From a virus: a DNA stretch of 64,000 nucleotides. The stretch's first letter is position 1. Every line of letters starts with the position of its first letter. Both the position numbers and the translations under genes were made by a program. This document shows, one piece after another, positions 17,455 through 26,043 of this stretch. The stretch is from positions 32,001 to 96,000 of IMG/VR virus record IMGVR_UViG_3300022602_002120; one strand, 5' to 3'. Below the pieces are notes generated by a model. It was not told where the DNA came from and made no database searches. It worked only from the letters and a program-made list of their open reading frames with translations.

Positions 17455-19176
17455 TTATAAACCTAATCCGCCACCTTGTGAGCCAGCACCTGTGGGTGCG
17501 CTTTGAGGAGCACCTGCTTCTTGTGCGCCTCCTTGTGGCGTACCTTGTGCGCCTGCTTCCGGTGCTTCTTGTGGACTTAGAGTGTCCATATCTTGTTGCA
17601 GACCGGCATTTGTAACACCTACAGCACGTAGACCAGCTTGTGGTATTTCTGTATCTTCAACAGCACCGTTTTCTTGTGCCCATAATTCATCATTACGTTG
17701 CATTTCTTCTTCACTTAGGTCCAAGTAACGTTCTAATAAGAAACGTTTGCTCAAGTAAGGAATAGGCTCTAGCTGTGTAAATGTGCTAATACGAACTTGA
17801 TCGACTTCTGCTTGACGATACTTAGCAAAGTTTTGTGGTTCGTTAAAACGCAATTCAAATAGTGCATTATCAATATTAATACCTCTCCAACGCATAAACA
17901 TCTTAAATTCGTTGTCAAGTTTTTCTGCAATCATCTTTTGAAGGCGCATACAATATTGATTAAAGCGCCACTCTTGGATCAATGCTGTGGTTGTTTTACC
18001 GTCACTGAATGTACGTTCACCTTCATCTGTACCTGTAGGTAAGTATGAGCTAGGTATACGTAGACCACGGAACATTTTGTTAGTAAAATAACGCAGGTCA
18101 GTAATTTCACCTAGGTTTTGACCACCTGGGAATACATCTACGCTACTACCACGGCCGTCTGCTGTAACAGGGAAGAAATAATCCTCGTTCGTTGACAGTG
18201 GATTGTATGTAGCATCCATCATGTTAACACCGCCACCAGTTTGTGTAGGGATACGACGTTGGTGAATTTCATTTTTAACACGATCAACATAGGCCATGGC
18301 CATGTGGGTTGGCATGTTACCTACGTCAATTTTGAATACACGACGTTCTGGTGCACGTTGTATGCGGTAAATGATAATACTATCTTCTAATAGTTCTTTT
18401 TGTTTAAAAATCTTAAAGATACTTTCTAATACACTAGTACCGAATGGCCAATTTAGGTCTAGACCTTCTGTTAGACTTAGATGTACTACGTGTTCTGCAT
18501 CAATAACAGCTTCGTTTTTAGCATGACTAAAACGGCTACCCCCACTGTACGGAGTTTGCGGTTGTACATAACTACCACTAGGTCCACCTACTTGTGGGTG
18601 ATTAATAAATGTATCACTCGAGCTTAAGGCTGTGGCTGTTAAGTTTTGGAAGTTAATATTTAGATCTTTGATAACATATTGTTCCGGCTTCTTGCCTTCT
18701 GCTTCGTTAACAATAACCTTAGTTACTTTAAACATTTCTGTCCAGTATAACTTAAAGTCTTCTGGATCACGTAGGAATACTTGATCACCGTACTTAATAC
18801 AGTTACGGAATAGTTTAAACAGGCGTTTGTTTAGGTCGTTTAATGTTACCCACTGTTGTAGTTGATCTTTTAGAATCTTAACTTCGTTGTCTGTTGGATC
18901 TTCTTTGAAGAATAGGTCAAATCCTGTGCCGTTTTCAATGTTAGTTTGTGTACTAAACTCAGCAATAATGTCTAGGGCAGCATTAATTTCACTGTCCATG
19001 TCCATTTGCTCGTATTGGTTGTATCGTTCTGTACGATTTGGATGCCCAATGTACACTTCTGGTAGTTGACTCGCAAAGTTGCGATAGCCTGCGTCTGGTA
19101 AATTATTATTACCACCGCCCAGTGGGCTCATCATACCGCTAGTGTTAGCAGTCTTAAAATACTTTTTCCACGCCAT
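17455..19176 (-). CDS. gp20: Portal vertex protein, gp20 family
   Basis: YNQYEQMDMDSEINAALD, LLEDSIIIYRIQRAPERRVFKIDVGNMP, EDYFFP and LRIPSS motifs. Confidence 0.95.
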   Translation of the reverse strand: MAWKKYFKTANTSGMMSPLGGGNNNLPDAGYRNFASQLPEVYIGHPNRTERYNQYEQMDMDSEINAALDIIAEFSTQTNIENGTGFDLFFKEDPTDNEVKILKDQLQQWVTLNDLNKRLFKLFRNCIKYGDQVFLRDPEDFKLYWTEMFKVTKVIVNEAEGKKPEQYVIKDLNINFQNLTATALSSSDTFINHPQVGGPSGSYVQPQTPYSGGSRFSHAKNEAVIDAEHVVHLSLTEGLDLNWPFGTSVLESIFKIFKQKELLEDSIIIYRIQRAPERRVFKIDVGNMPTHMAMAYVDRVKNEIHQRRIPTQTGGGVNMMDATYNPLSTNEDYFFPVTADGRGSSVDVFPGGQNLGEITDLRYFTNKMFRGLRIPSSYLPTGTDEGERTFSDGKTTTALIQEWRFNQYCMRLQKMIAEKLDNEFKMFMRWRGINIDNALFELRFNEPQNFAKYRQAEVDQVRISTFTQLEPIPYLSKRFLLERYLDLSEEEMQRNDELWAQENGAVEDTEIPQAGLRAVGVTNAGLQQDMDTLSPQEAPEAGAQGTPQGGAQEAGAPQSAPTGAGSQGGGLGL

Positions 19177-19195
19177 ATTTGTTTAACCTAGGTTG

Positions 19196-19202
19196 TATTT
19201 AT
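19196..19202 (-). promoter_or_regulatory. Late promoter motif ATAAATA for portal
   Basis: tatttat 20 nt upstream of the portal start; a second tattta at 19203-19208. Confidence 0.65.
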
Positions 19203-19234
19203 TATTTAACTAAAATTACAGTTTGCTATAAATT

Positions 19235-21838
19235 TTAATTAGTGTTTGCTGCTACTCTAGCTGTATGATCTACGTTTTGTTTCATTAGTCTAGCAATTTC
19301 TGCTAAATGAGCTGTAGCTTCTGCAGAACTAACATCACCGCGTTCCTCGTCGTCCCATTGTTTATATACTTTCTTAATAGGATCTGCTTCTGGACGTTTC
19401 ATAAACTCTTCTTGCAGTTGATTTACGTCAAAACCTTCAAAGCCTTTCATACGATCTTTAATCACACCCCAACGATCTTCATTCATGCTAACCTTTGGTT
19501 GATAATCGTTTTCTCCGAATCGCTGACCTTTCATTTCACGCATAGCATCAATAGCTGTTACCAGACTTTCAACTGTGGCATTACTCAATACGCTACTAGG
19601 TCCGTTAGTAGTAACCGGACTAGTTGCTGTTTGATTAAATCCTTGAAGTTGTTTAGCTATTTCAGCTTGCAATACCGGCGAGTTGACTACAGTTTTGTCC
19701 ATACCGTCATCGCCGGTTAGGTTTCCAGATTGTAACTTCATGGCATTTATTACATCAAGTAATTTACCAGTTGATACTGTACTTAATACACTACTCGGGC
19801 CACTAATAAGTTCAGGGCCGTTTTCACCAGCAATACCTAGTTTACCTACACCAATTGCACCACCTTTATCATGTTTAGCAACGGATTTCATGTAATCAGA
19901 TTGCCAATCACTAGGCTTATTAGCCTGTGCAGCATTTGCATTTTGTGTAGCAGCAAAATCTCTTATACGTTTTTCATATTCTGCTTGCGTTTCATTTGGT
20001 TGTTTTAAGAACGCTGTACTTGATGCTCCTACTCCTTCGGCTTTATTTTCGCCTGTAGCTACTTGTGTCATAGCCGCAGTTCTATTTTCTTTTGCGATCC
20101 CAGGAGTATGAGTTTTAATACCAAGATCAGCAAGCATATCCTGTACTTGGCTTAACATTGCTTTGCTTACTTCGGCAAATTTTGCTATAGCAGGTGTTAA
20201 TTCTTGTTGAAGTGCTTTTTTCAAATCTTGCGCAGCTTCTTCTGCGCCTGTTACACTCTTAGTTAGATCATCATTTGCATCTTTTTGTGTTACTCCAGCC
20301 TCTGCTCCATCTACAGCAGCTTTTGTATATTGATTGTTGGCATCAATTTGTTTAGACATTGATGCAGAAAGATCTTTTATAGCACCATCAGCAAAATATC
20401 CAGCACGAGCCAATCCTTGGTTAGAGAGAATAGATTTATTAATCGTTTCACCGTACTTGGCATTTAAATCTGCACCTTTTTTGTAAGTTAATGTATTACT
20501 TTCCCATGCTGCATATAATTCACTGGCTTTATCTTTAGCACCTCTTACTTGTGCTTCATACATTGCACCTTCTTCGTTAATAACTGCGCCATGTGATGCA
20601 ACACGATCTTTGAAATTTTTCAGCTCAAGATCTGTCATACTTGTCATAGCCTGCTGAATAGCAGCTTGTTGTTCAGGTGATTTTTTAGCCAATTCCTGTC
20701 TAAATATTAGTTCTTTAGATGCTTGTTCAGCAACTTCCATTTTCTTTTTAGCATCTTCACCTGTAATACTAGCAATTAAACGTAGATTTTCTGCATATTT
20801 TTGTGTAGCATCTTGCACATTCTTATCAGTAACTGTTTTACCAGTGATACGCATCTGTTTAGTAACATCGGCCATTAGACCTACTTGTTCTTCAAACCCG
20901 TAACCTAATTTTAATAGCTGTTCTTGTGCGCCCGATTCTTTTAGTGCCTTACCGACACGACCTAACATCTTAGTGCCTTCAGTTACACTAATGCCAGCTG
21001 ATGCAATCTTTTCACTGCTGGCTTTAACAACATTTGACATTTGCTCAATAGTTAAACCGGCATCTCCTGCGGCATTGCGCATACCAGTCATGCCATCAGT
21101 AAACAGAGCCCCGCTAGCCGACATTTGATTAAATGCTTTGTATGTTTTTTCTACTTCTTTGCTTAAGATCTCAACACCAAACTTAGCTAATTTAGTCATT
21201 GACTCTGAACTAGCGTCTAGTGCTGATCCGAGTATTTTTGCCGCGCCGCCGACTATAAATCCAAGTCCTTCAGTTTCGACTCCTGCAGCCATAGCTACAT
21301 CACCAAAGGTACTTAATAGCTTACCAGCGCCTTTAGCCGCAGATCCTGCCATGTCAATGCCTGCGGTCATCAGATCTGTAGATAATTGTGTTCCGCTAGC
21401 ATCGTCTTGAAGATTTTTTACAAATTGTGCTGTACCTTGAGCAGCTCGACCTAGTATGTCTTTAGTTGCTTTACTAGTTGCATCTGCATATTTCTTAGTG
21501 GCTTCTTCAGCCATTTTAGTAGCAGCGGTCTTGGCTAACTCTGCTTTCATTGATTTCTTAACCGCTATTTCAGCCGCATCAGTAGTTTCATCTAGATCTT
21601 CAATAGAATCATTGAGTTCATCAATTTTCTTTTTTAGGTCGTCATAGGTGGCTTTTTGCTTTTTAGCGTCTTTGGTTAACTTGTCAATTTCTTTTTGGAA
21701 TTTTTCAGCAGATTTTCCAGACTTTTCGTAGATATCGTTTAAGTCCTTGCTGTTTGCGCCAAATCGTTCTAGGAATTCAGCAAACGCTCTTAATTGTTCT
21801 TCATTCATGCTTTTATAGACCTTGGTTTTAGCTACCAT
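19235..21838 (-). CDS. Probable tail tape measure protein (start uncertain: 21838 or 21808)
   Basis: Long alpha-helical A/K/E-rich protein; HDKGG..GIAGENGPEL motif common in tape-measure C-termini; adjacent to the gp26-like gene. Confidence 0.65.
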   Translation of the reverse strand: MVAKTKVYKSMNEEQLRAFAEFLERFGANSKDLNDIYEKSGKSAEKFQKEIDKLTKDAKKQKATYDDLKKKIDELNDSIEDLDETTDAAEIAVKKSMKAELAKTAATKMAEEATKKYADATSKATKDILGRAAQGTAQFVKNLQDDASGTQLSTDLMTAGIDMAGSAAKGAGKLLSTFGDVAMAAGVETEGLGFIVGGAAKILGSALDASSESMTKLAKFGVEILSKEVEKTYKAFNQMSASGALFTDGMTGMRNAAGDAGLTIEQMSNVVKASSEKIASAGISVTEGTKMLGRVGKALKESGAQEQLLKLGYGFEEQVGLMADVTKQMRITGKTVTDKNVQDATQKYAENLRLIASITGEDAKKKMEVAEQASKELIFRQELAKKSPEQQAAIQQAMTSMTDLELKNFKDRVASHGAVINEEGAMYEAQVRGAKDKASELYAAWESNTLTYKKGADLNAKYGETINKSILSNQGLARAGYFADGAIKDLSASMSKQIDANNQYTKAAVDGAEAGVTQKDANDDLTKSVTGAEEAAQDLKKALQQELTPAIAKFAEVSKAMLSQVQDMLADLGIKTHTPGIAKENRTAAMTQVATGENKAEGVGASSTAFLKQPNETQAEYEKRIRDFAATQNANAAQANKPSDWQSDYMKSVAKHDKGGAIGVGKLGIAGENGPELISGPSSVLSTVSTGKLLDVINAMKLQSGNLTGDDGMDKTVVNSPVLQAEIAKQLQGFNQTATSPVTTNGPSSVLSNATVESLVTAIDAMREMKGQRFGENDYQPKVSMNEDRWGVIKDRMKGFEGFDVNQLQEEFMKRPEADPIKKVYKQWDDEERGDVSSAEATAHLAEIARLMKQNVDHTARVAANTN

Positions 21839-21870
21839 AAATATAAAATATGGTACTATCAATTATTTAT
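21837..21870. promoter_or_regulatory. Face-to-face late promoters: ATAAATA plus (21837-21843) and minus (21864-21870)
   Basis: Both motifs lie in the short divergent gap between the tape measure and gp26-like genes. Confidence 0.6.
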
Positions 21871-21883
21871 AGGAAATAAAAAC

Positions 21884-22750
21884 ATGAGTCAAACTCCATC
21901 GTTTAATCAAGCTAACCCATTAGCTAGACACTTTAGACAACCAGTGATCTACACTAAACTACCTAGTCGCGGTCAGTTTTGGCCAGAAGGTAGTATAGAC
22001 ATCCCTGTTACAGGTGAAATTCCTATTCTAGCAATGAGTACTAAAGACGAAGTTATTCTACGCACACCAGATGCACTGTTAAACGGGCAAGGTGTTATTG
22101 ATGTTATTCAAAGTTGCTGTCCAACTATTAAGAACGCATGGGAAACTCCTAGTATTGACGTAGACAGCATTATTATCAGTATTCGTATTGCTAGTTATGG
22201 TAATAATATGGAGTTTACCAGCACTTGCCCACACTGTAATACCCAGCATGACTATAGCGTTGATCTAGGAGTAGTTCTACAGGGCATCGAAACACCTAAC
22301 TACAGTAGAGGTGTTGACGTAGATGGTCTTAAAATTAAACTACGTCCGCAACCATACTTTAGTCTTAACAAAACTAACATCATTGCTTTTGAAGAACAGC
22401 AATTGTTACGATCACTACAGATGATTGAAGATAATTCAGACGAAGCACAGGCTAAATTTAATGCACAGCTGAATAAACTAATCGATCTTAACATTATGAT
22501 CACTGCCGACAGTACAGAAAGCATTACCACAGAAGACGGACAACTAGTAACTGATCGTAGTTTTATCAAAGAGTTCTACACAAACTGTGATAATAAAACA
22601 GTTAAAGCGGTTAAAGCTCGTTTAGATGAATATAACAAACAAGCCAACATTAAACCATTTAATGTTATCTGTAGCGAAGAAGACTGCGCTAAGCCATTTG
22701 ATATTGATATTATATTCGATTTTGCAAGTTTTTTCGGAAAAGGCTCTTAA
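21884..22750 (+). CDS. gp26: Baseplate hub/tail assembly protein, gp26-like
   Basis: NPL..HFRQP..Y.KLPS.G motif, KDEVILRTPDALLNG, CPHC, ends FDFASFF; start moved to 21884 (AGGA RBS). Confidence 0.8.
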   Translation: MSQTPSFNQANPLARHFRQPVIYTKLPSRGQFWPEGSIDIPVTGEIPILAMSTKDEVILRTPDALLNGQGVIDVIQSCCPTIKNAWETPSIDVDSIIISIRIASYGNNMEFTSTCPHCNTQHDYSVDLGVVLQGIETPNYSRGVDVDGLKIKLRPQPYFSLNKTNIIAFEEQQLLRSLQMIEDNSDEAQAKFNAQLNKLIDLNIMITADSTESITTEDGQLVTDRSFIKEFYTNCDNKTVKAVKARLDEYNKQANIKPFNVICSEEDCAKPFDIDIIFDFASFFGKGS

Positions 22751-22770
22751 CTCTAGATAACGCCAGCGTC

Positions 22771-22965
22771 GTGTCCTTACTCGAAGGATATGACAAAGAA
22801 GTAAGAGCCTTAAAAGATGATGCGTTACGTATGTGTTGGTATATGCGTGGTGGGTTAAGTTATGATGATGCTATGTTGCTAAGTCAAACAGAAAAAGAAA
22901 TTATCAATAAGATAGTTAAAGATAATTTAGAAACTACCCAAAAGAGTCATTTGCCTTTCTTTTAA
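22771..22965 (+). CDS. gp51-like small tail/baseplate assembly ORF; possibly the -1 frameshift extension of the gp26-like gene
   Basis: W/Y motif (WYMRGGLSYDDAMLLS); no SD before the GTG; this frame is open from 22708, across the slippery site T TTT TTC (22729-22735). Confidence 0.65.
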   Translation: MSLLEGYDKEVRALKDDALRMCWYMRGGLSYDDAMLLSQTEKEIINKIVKDNLETTQKSHLPFF

Positions 22966-23062
22966 TAAAAGTCATTATATTACATACAAGAGTAGTTGTG
23001 TGGCATATATTCTAGACTAATCCATTTGTGTAGTATAATTCGTAATATATTCCATACAAGAA

Positions 23063-23510
23063 AGATGTCTCTGACATCTGCGTTATCGCTATCGCTCAAC
23101 GCTTTTTCTTCTAATCTAAATTACGTTAGTTATTTTGAATTACTGTACTGCTCTTAAACGTTATCATCCAGATTTGGTCATACTTCACCTATCCGAGGCA
23201 AAGTATAAGTCGCATCATCCGAGTTGACAGTCATACTAACTAAAAGAGATTGTTAATCAATAACACGGAGGCGGTCAGCCGGTACCCCCTACTCTAGCTT
23301 CTTCTGACGGGTGCTGTATAGCCATAGTTAGCTAACTATACTAGTCACGTGAGTTGTATTGCTTTTTCTTCAGAGCTCACATCATTTGGCGTTTAGGCCT
23401 AATTGATCGTCGGTGCCATCCAGTGTGTAGTCTACTCTACACGTTCCAAGTGCGGCCATTACGCGAGCACCATCTCCTCTGGATACAGAACTTAATCTGC
23501 AATAGGGCTA
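23063..23510 (-). ncRNA. Candidate large structured ncRNA or cis-element; strand inferred from the upstream operon
   Basis: Largest non-coding gap; about 45% GC by hand count over 23161-23510 against AT-rich spacers elsewhere; many helices and a possible pseudoknot (see findings). Confidence 0.5.
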
Positions 23511-23512
23511 AT

Positions 23513-23950
23513 TTACTTCTTTATTACTAGATCTTTTACTGAATTCTTGCCAAGTTTAATTTGTATAATGCCGTTGTAGTTGTTTTCACGAAGTAATACA
23601 TGTTCTGTGAATTGGTAGTAGGCCTCTAAGTAGTTTGTTTCGCCTCTACTGTTACATAAATGAATTATGTCACGAGTAAAGTTTTCTTTGCCATGTGTGT
23701 CAATATCTGCTTGTAGTCGCGGACTAGATCCCCAGTAGGTCTTCCAATCTGTTTCTACAACTTCACGACGTTTGTTTTTCTTGCCTTTTAGAGGTGGTCT
23801 CTTTTTGATAGTAGTGAAATATTTGCGGCCAACATAATCGTGACCATTTATATTATTTGTAATTCTGTAGATAAAACCATAATAAGTGCCGATATCCTCG
23901 GATTCAAATGCTACACCGTTATAAATCCAAGGATAATCGTATGATGCCAT
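23513..23950 (-). CDS. Minimal GIY-YIG family nuclease (145 aa)
   Basis: GFIYRITNNINGHDYVGRK (GIY-YIG box), WKTYWGSS, YLEA (Glu) and YNG (Asn); no obvious C-terminal DNA-binding domain. Confidence 0.8.
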   Translation of the reverse strand: MASYDYPWIYNGVAFESEDIGTYYGFIYRITNNINGHDYVGRKYFTTIKKRPPLKGKKNKRREVVETDWKTYWGSSPRLQADIDTHGKENFTRDIIHLCNSRGETNYLEAYYQFTEHVLLRENNYNGIIQIKLGKNSVKDLVIKK

Positions 23951-23953
23951 AAG

Positions 23954-24145
23954 TTATTTAGCGGCTTTAGCTGCGTTTTTCTTCTCTTGAATTTCTGCAC
24001 GACGAGCTTTGGTTAGTTTACCTAGGTCGCCCAATGCACCACGAGCACGTGTTCCTGCCGCTGCTACACCTTTTTCTTCAAATTTAGCATGTTCTGTTAA
24101 GTATGCTTCATATGCTGCTACGATTTGTTCATGATTTGTTGCCAT
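23954..24145 (-). CDS. Histone H1-like (Hc1-type) nucleoid protein (63 aa)
   Basis: EKGVAAAGTRARGAL.DL.KL.K..R pattern resembles bacterial Hc1-family proteins; basic C-terminus; SD AAGGAG. Confidence 0.7.
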   Translation of the reverse strand: MATNHEQIVAAYEAYLTEHAKFEEKGVAAAGTRARGALGDLGKLTKARRAEIQEKKNAAKAAK

Positions 24146-24166
24146 TTTTTACTTCTCCTTGTGAAA

Positions 24167-25183
24167 TTACCATTCTGTTGCGTACTGCTGATTTACCACT
24201 GATATATTACATTTAGTCCTACATTCGGTCCTGGAGAAAATTTCAAACTCTTCGCTCCAATACTGGTCATTTAGGACCTCATTTAATGATCTTTGATTCA
24301 GATCAAACTGGTTCTTACTTACATCTAACCACTCGTTGTTATGTGAATATCTATTTGCTACCCAACAACAAGGAAATAAATGTCCTTGACTGTTGATAAA
24401 CAAACCCTTATTACCGATTCCACATAACGGAGTTACTTCGCCAAACGTTTCTGCTTGGTTATATAATCTTAAATTAGTTTTTGCACCTACTGTACTTTCT
24501 TTACGTTCATTGAATTGTGTAAAAATCCGTTGGAATCTGTAGTTAGTACTAATTAAGTTATCCTTGGGCTGTAATTGGTCGCTTTCTGGGTATATACTAT
24601 ATACTTTATTAAACTTTGTACTTAACGTCAACTGAAATTGATCAAACCCTAGTTCTTTGGCCAACAATTTCATATCATCTAATTTATCTTCGTTAAATTT
24701 AAATGCAATAGCATCCCAGGTCATATAAACATGACTGCTATTGCGTAAGGTAGTAACGCCTTGAATGATACTCGACCAATTGCTGTTTATACGATATTGT
24801 TCGTTACTGCCTTGATCCCATCCATCCAAACTAAAGTGAATATGATCATTATGATCTAATGCTTGCCCTAGTCTAGCCCACCAGTCAACATTTTTATAGC
24901 TACCGTTGGTAACAATAACAAATTTCACTGGTTTAACACTTTTAATATATTCGATCACGTCTATTAAGCTATGTGCATATATAGGATCACCATCGTCGCC
25001 ACAAAACGTAATCTTTTCTACGTTGTCTTGTATAAATTCTGGAGTAAAATTCTTCTTAAAGAAATTTAAACTTAATTCTGTGTTTACTAAGGTGTCGGGA
25101 ACTTCTGTGCGAGCACAGCGCGGACATTTTAATGTACACTTACTGGATATTTCGATATGCCAATGCCACGTTGCTAATTTCAA
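24167..25183 (-). CDS. Radical SAM enzyme with SPASM/twitch-like C-terminus (paralog A)
   Basis: CTLKCPRC (CxxxCxxC), FCGDDGDP, FSLDG, C-terminal CG..GHLFPCCW..C..KC. Confidence 0.9.
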   Translation of the reverse strand: MKLATWHWHIEISSKCTLKCPRCARTEVPDTLVNTELSLNFFKKNFTPEFIQDNVEKITFCGDDGDPIYAHSLIDVIEYIKSVKPVKFVIVTNGSYKNVDWWARLGQALDHNDHIHFSLDGWDQGSNEQYRINSNWSSIIQGVTTLRNSSHVYMTWDAIAFKFNEDKLDDMKLLAKELGFDQFQLTLSTKFNKVYSIYPESDQLQPKDNLISTNYRFQRIFTQFNERKESTVGAKTNLRLYNQAETFGEVTPLCGIGNKGLFINSQGHLFPCCWVANRYSHNNEWLDVSKNQFDLNQRSLNEVLNDQYWSEEFEIFSRTECRTKCNISVVNQQYATEW

Positions 25184-26043
25184 AATTCGACCTCACGTTG
25201 CCATTGGTTTGAGTAACTTGTACCATTTAAGTTTTTTGTACAGGTTGCAACACAAGTTGCATTAGGTGATATCGAATCCCAGGATTCTTGCACAATGTTA
25301 AAATAGTCAATAGTGTGACTAGTATTGCCCAACCAGCAACACGGATACACTATACCCTTGGTAGAAATATATAGACTTTGTTCTTTAAGAGCAACACAAT
25401 CAATAGTTCCGATATTTACACTAGGATTTTTCCATCCGGTAGGGGGATTTAAAAAAGATATAGGGTGATTAGTATGCCGACGACTAACTTTAGCTCGAAA
25501 CCATTTAAATCCTAATTCTTTTGCTAATGTTTGTGCTTGATCTACCTGATGTTGATTATGTTCAAATACTAACATTTCCCAGTGAGCTCTACCGCCGGCG
25601 GCAATAAATGCCTGCGCATTTTCTATAACCTTATCCCAACCAACATTTACTCTGTATATGTGATTGGTATCGTTTAATCCGTCGATACTAAAAATTACAT
25701 AATCTTTCTGATAAGATAACATTGCACCTAAAGAACTCCACCAAGTAGTAGACCGTAGACCTCCATTAGTATTCATACCTAATGTTATTGTGGGATTTAA
25801 TTTACGAAAATAGCTATAAATTTCTAAGGTGTGCTTGCCTGCGGCAGGATCGCCATAATTTCCACACATATACATCTTGTCTAATGCTTTGATAGTATCT
25901 TCTGAAATAGCATCTGCTATATTATCTACAGTTAAATGGTGCAGCACAGACTTATCAAACGTAGGATCAGTTTCTCTGCTACATTGCGGACATGCAGCAT
26001 TACAAGCATCTGTAGGTTCTACGTGTAATATTTTAGGTAACAT
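25180..26043 (-). CDS. Radical SAM enzyme with SPASM/twitch-like C-terminus (paralog B)
   Basis: CNAACPQC, MCGNYGDP, FSIDG, VYPCCW..C.ATC; start moved to 26043, overlapping the gp46 stop. Confidence 0.9.
   Translation of the reverse strand: MLPKILHVEPTDACNAACPQCSRETDPTFDKSVLHHLTVDNIADAISEDTIKALDKMYMCGNYGDPAAGKHTLEIYSYFRKLNPTITLGMNTNGGLRSTTWWSSLGAMLSYQKDYVIFSIDGLNDTNHIYRVNVGWDKVIENAQAFIAAGGRAHWEMLVFEHNQHQVDQAQTLAKELGFKWFRAKVSRRHTNHPISFLNPPTGWKNPSVNIGTIDCVALKEQSLYISTKGIVYPCCWLGNTSHTIDYFNIVQESWDSISPNATCVATCTKNLNGTSYSNQWQREVEF

Noticed and set aside
23063-23510. RNase P RNA, tmRNA, tRNA or group II intron identity for the non-coding element
   Set aside because: Hallmark sequences (GAGGAAAGUCC, tRNA-like ends with T-loop, domain V) were not found by eye.
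23300-23950. Group I intron carrying the GIY-YIG ORF (AGACUAC and GUAUAGUU resemble R/S elements)
   Set aside because: No interrupted host gene flanks the region and I could not build P3/P4/P6; the match is short. A covariance-model search would settle it.
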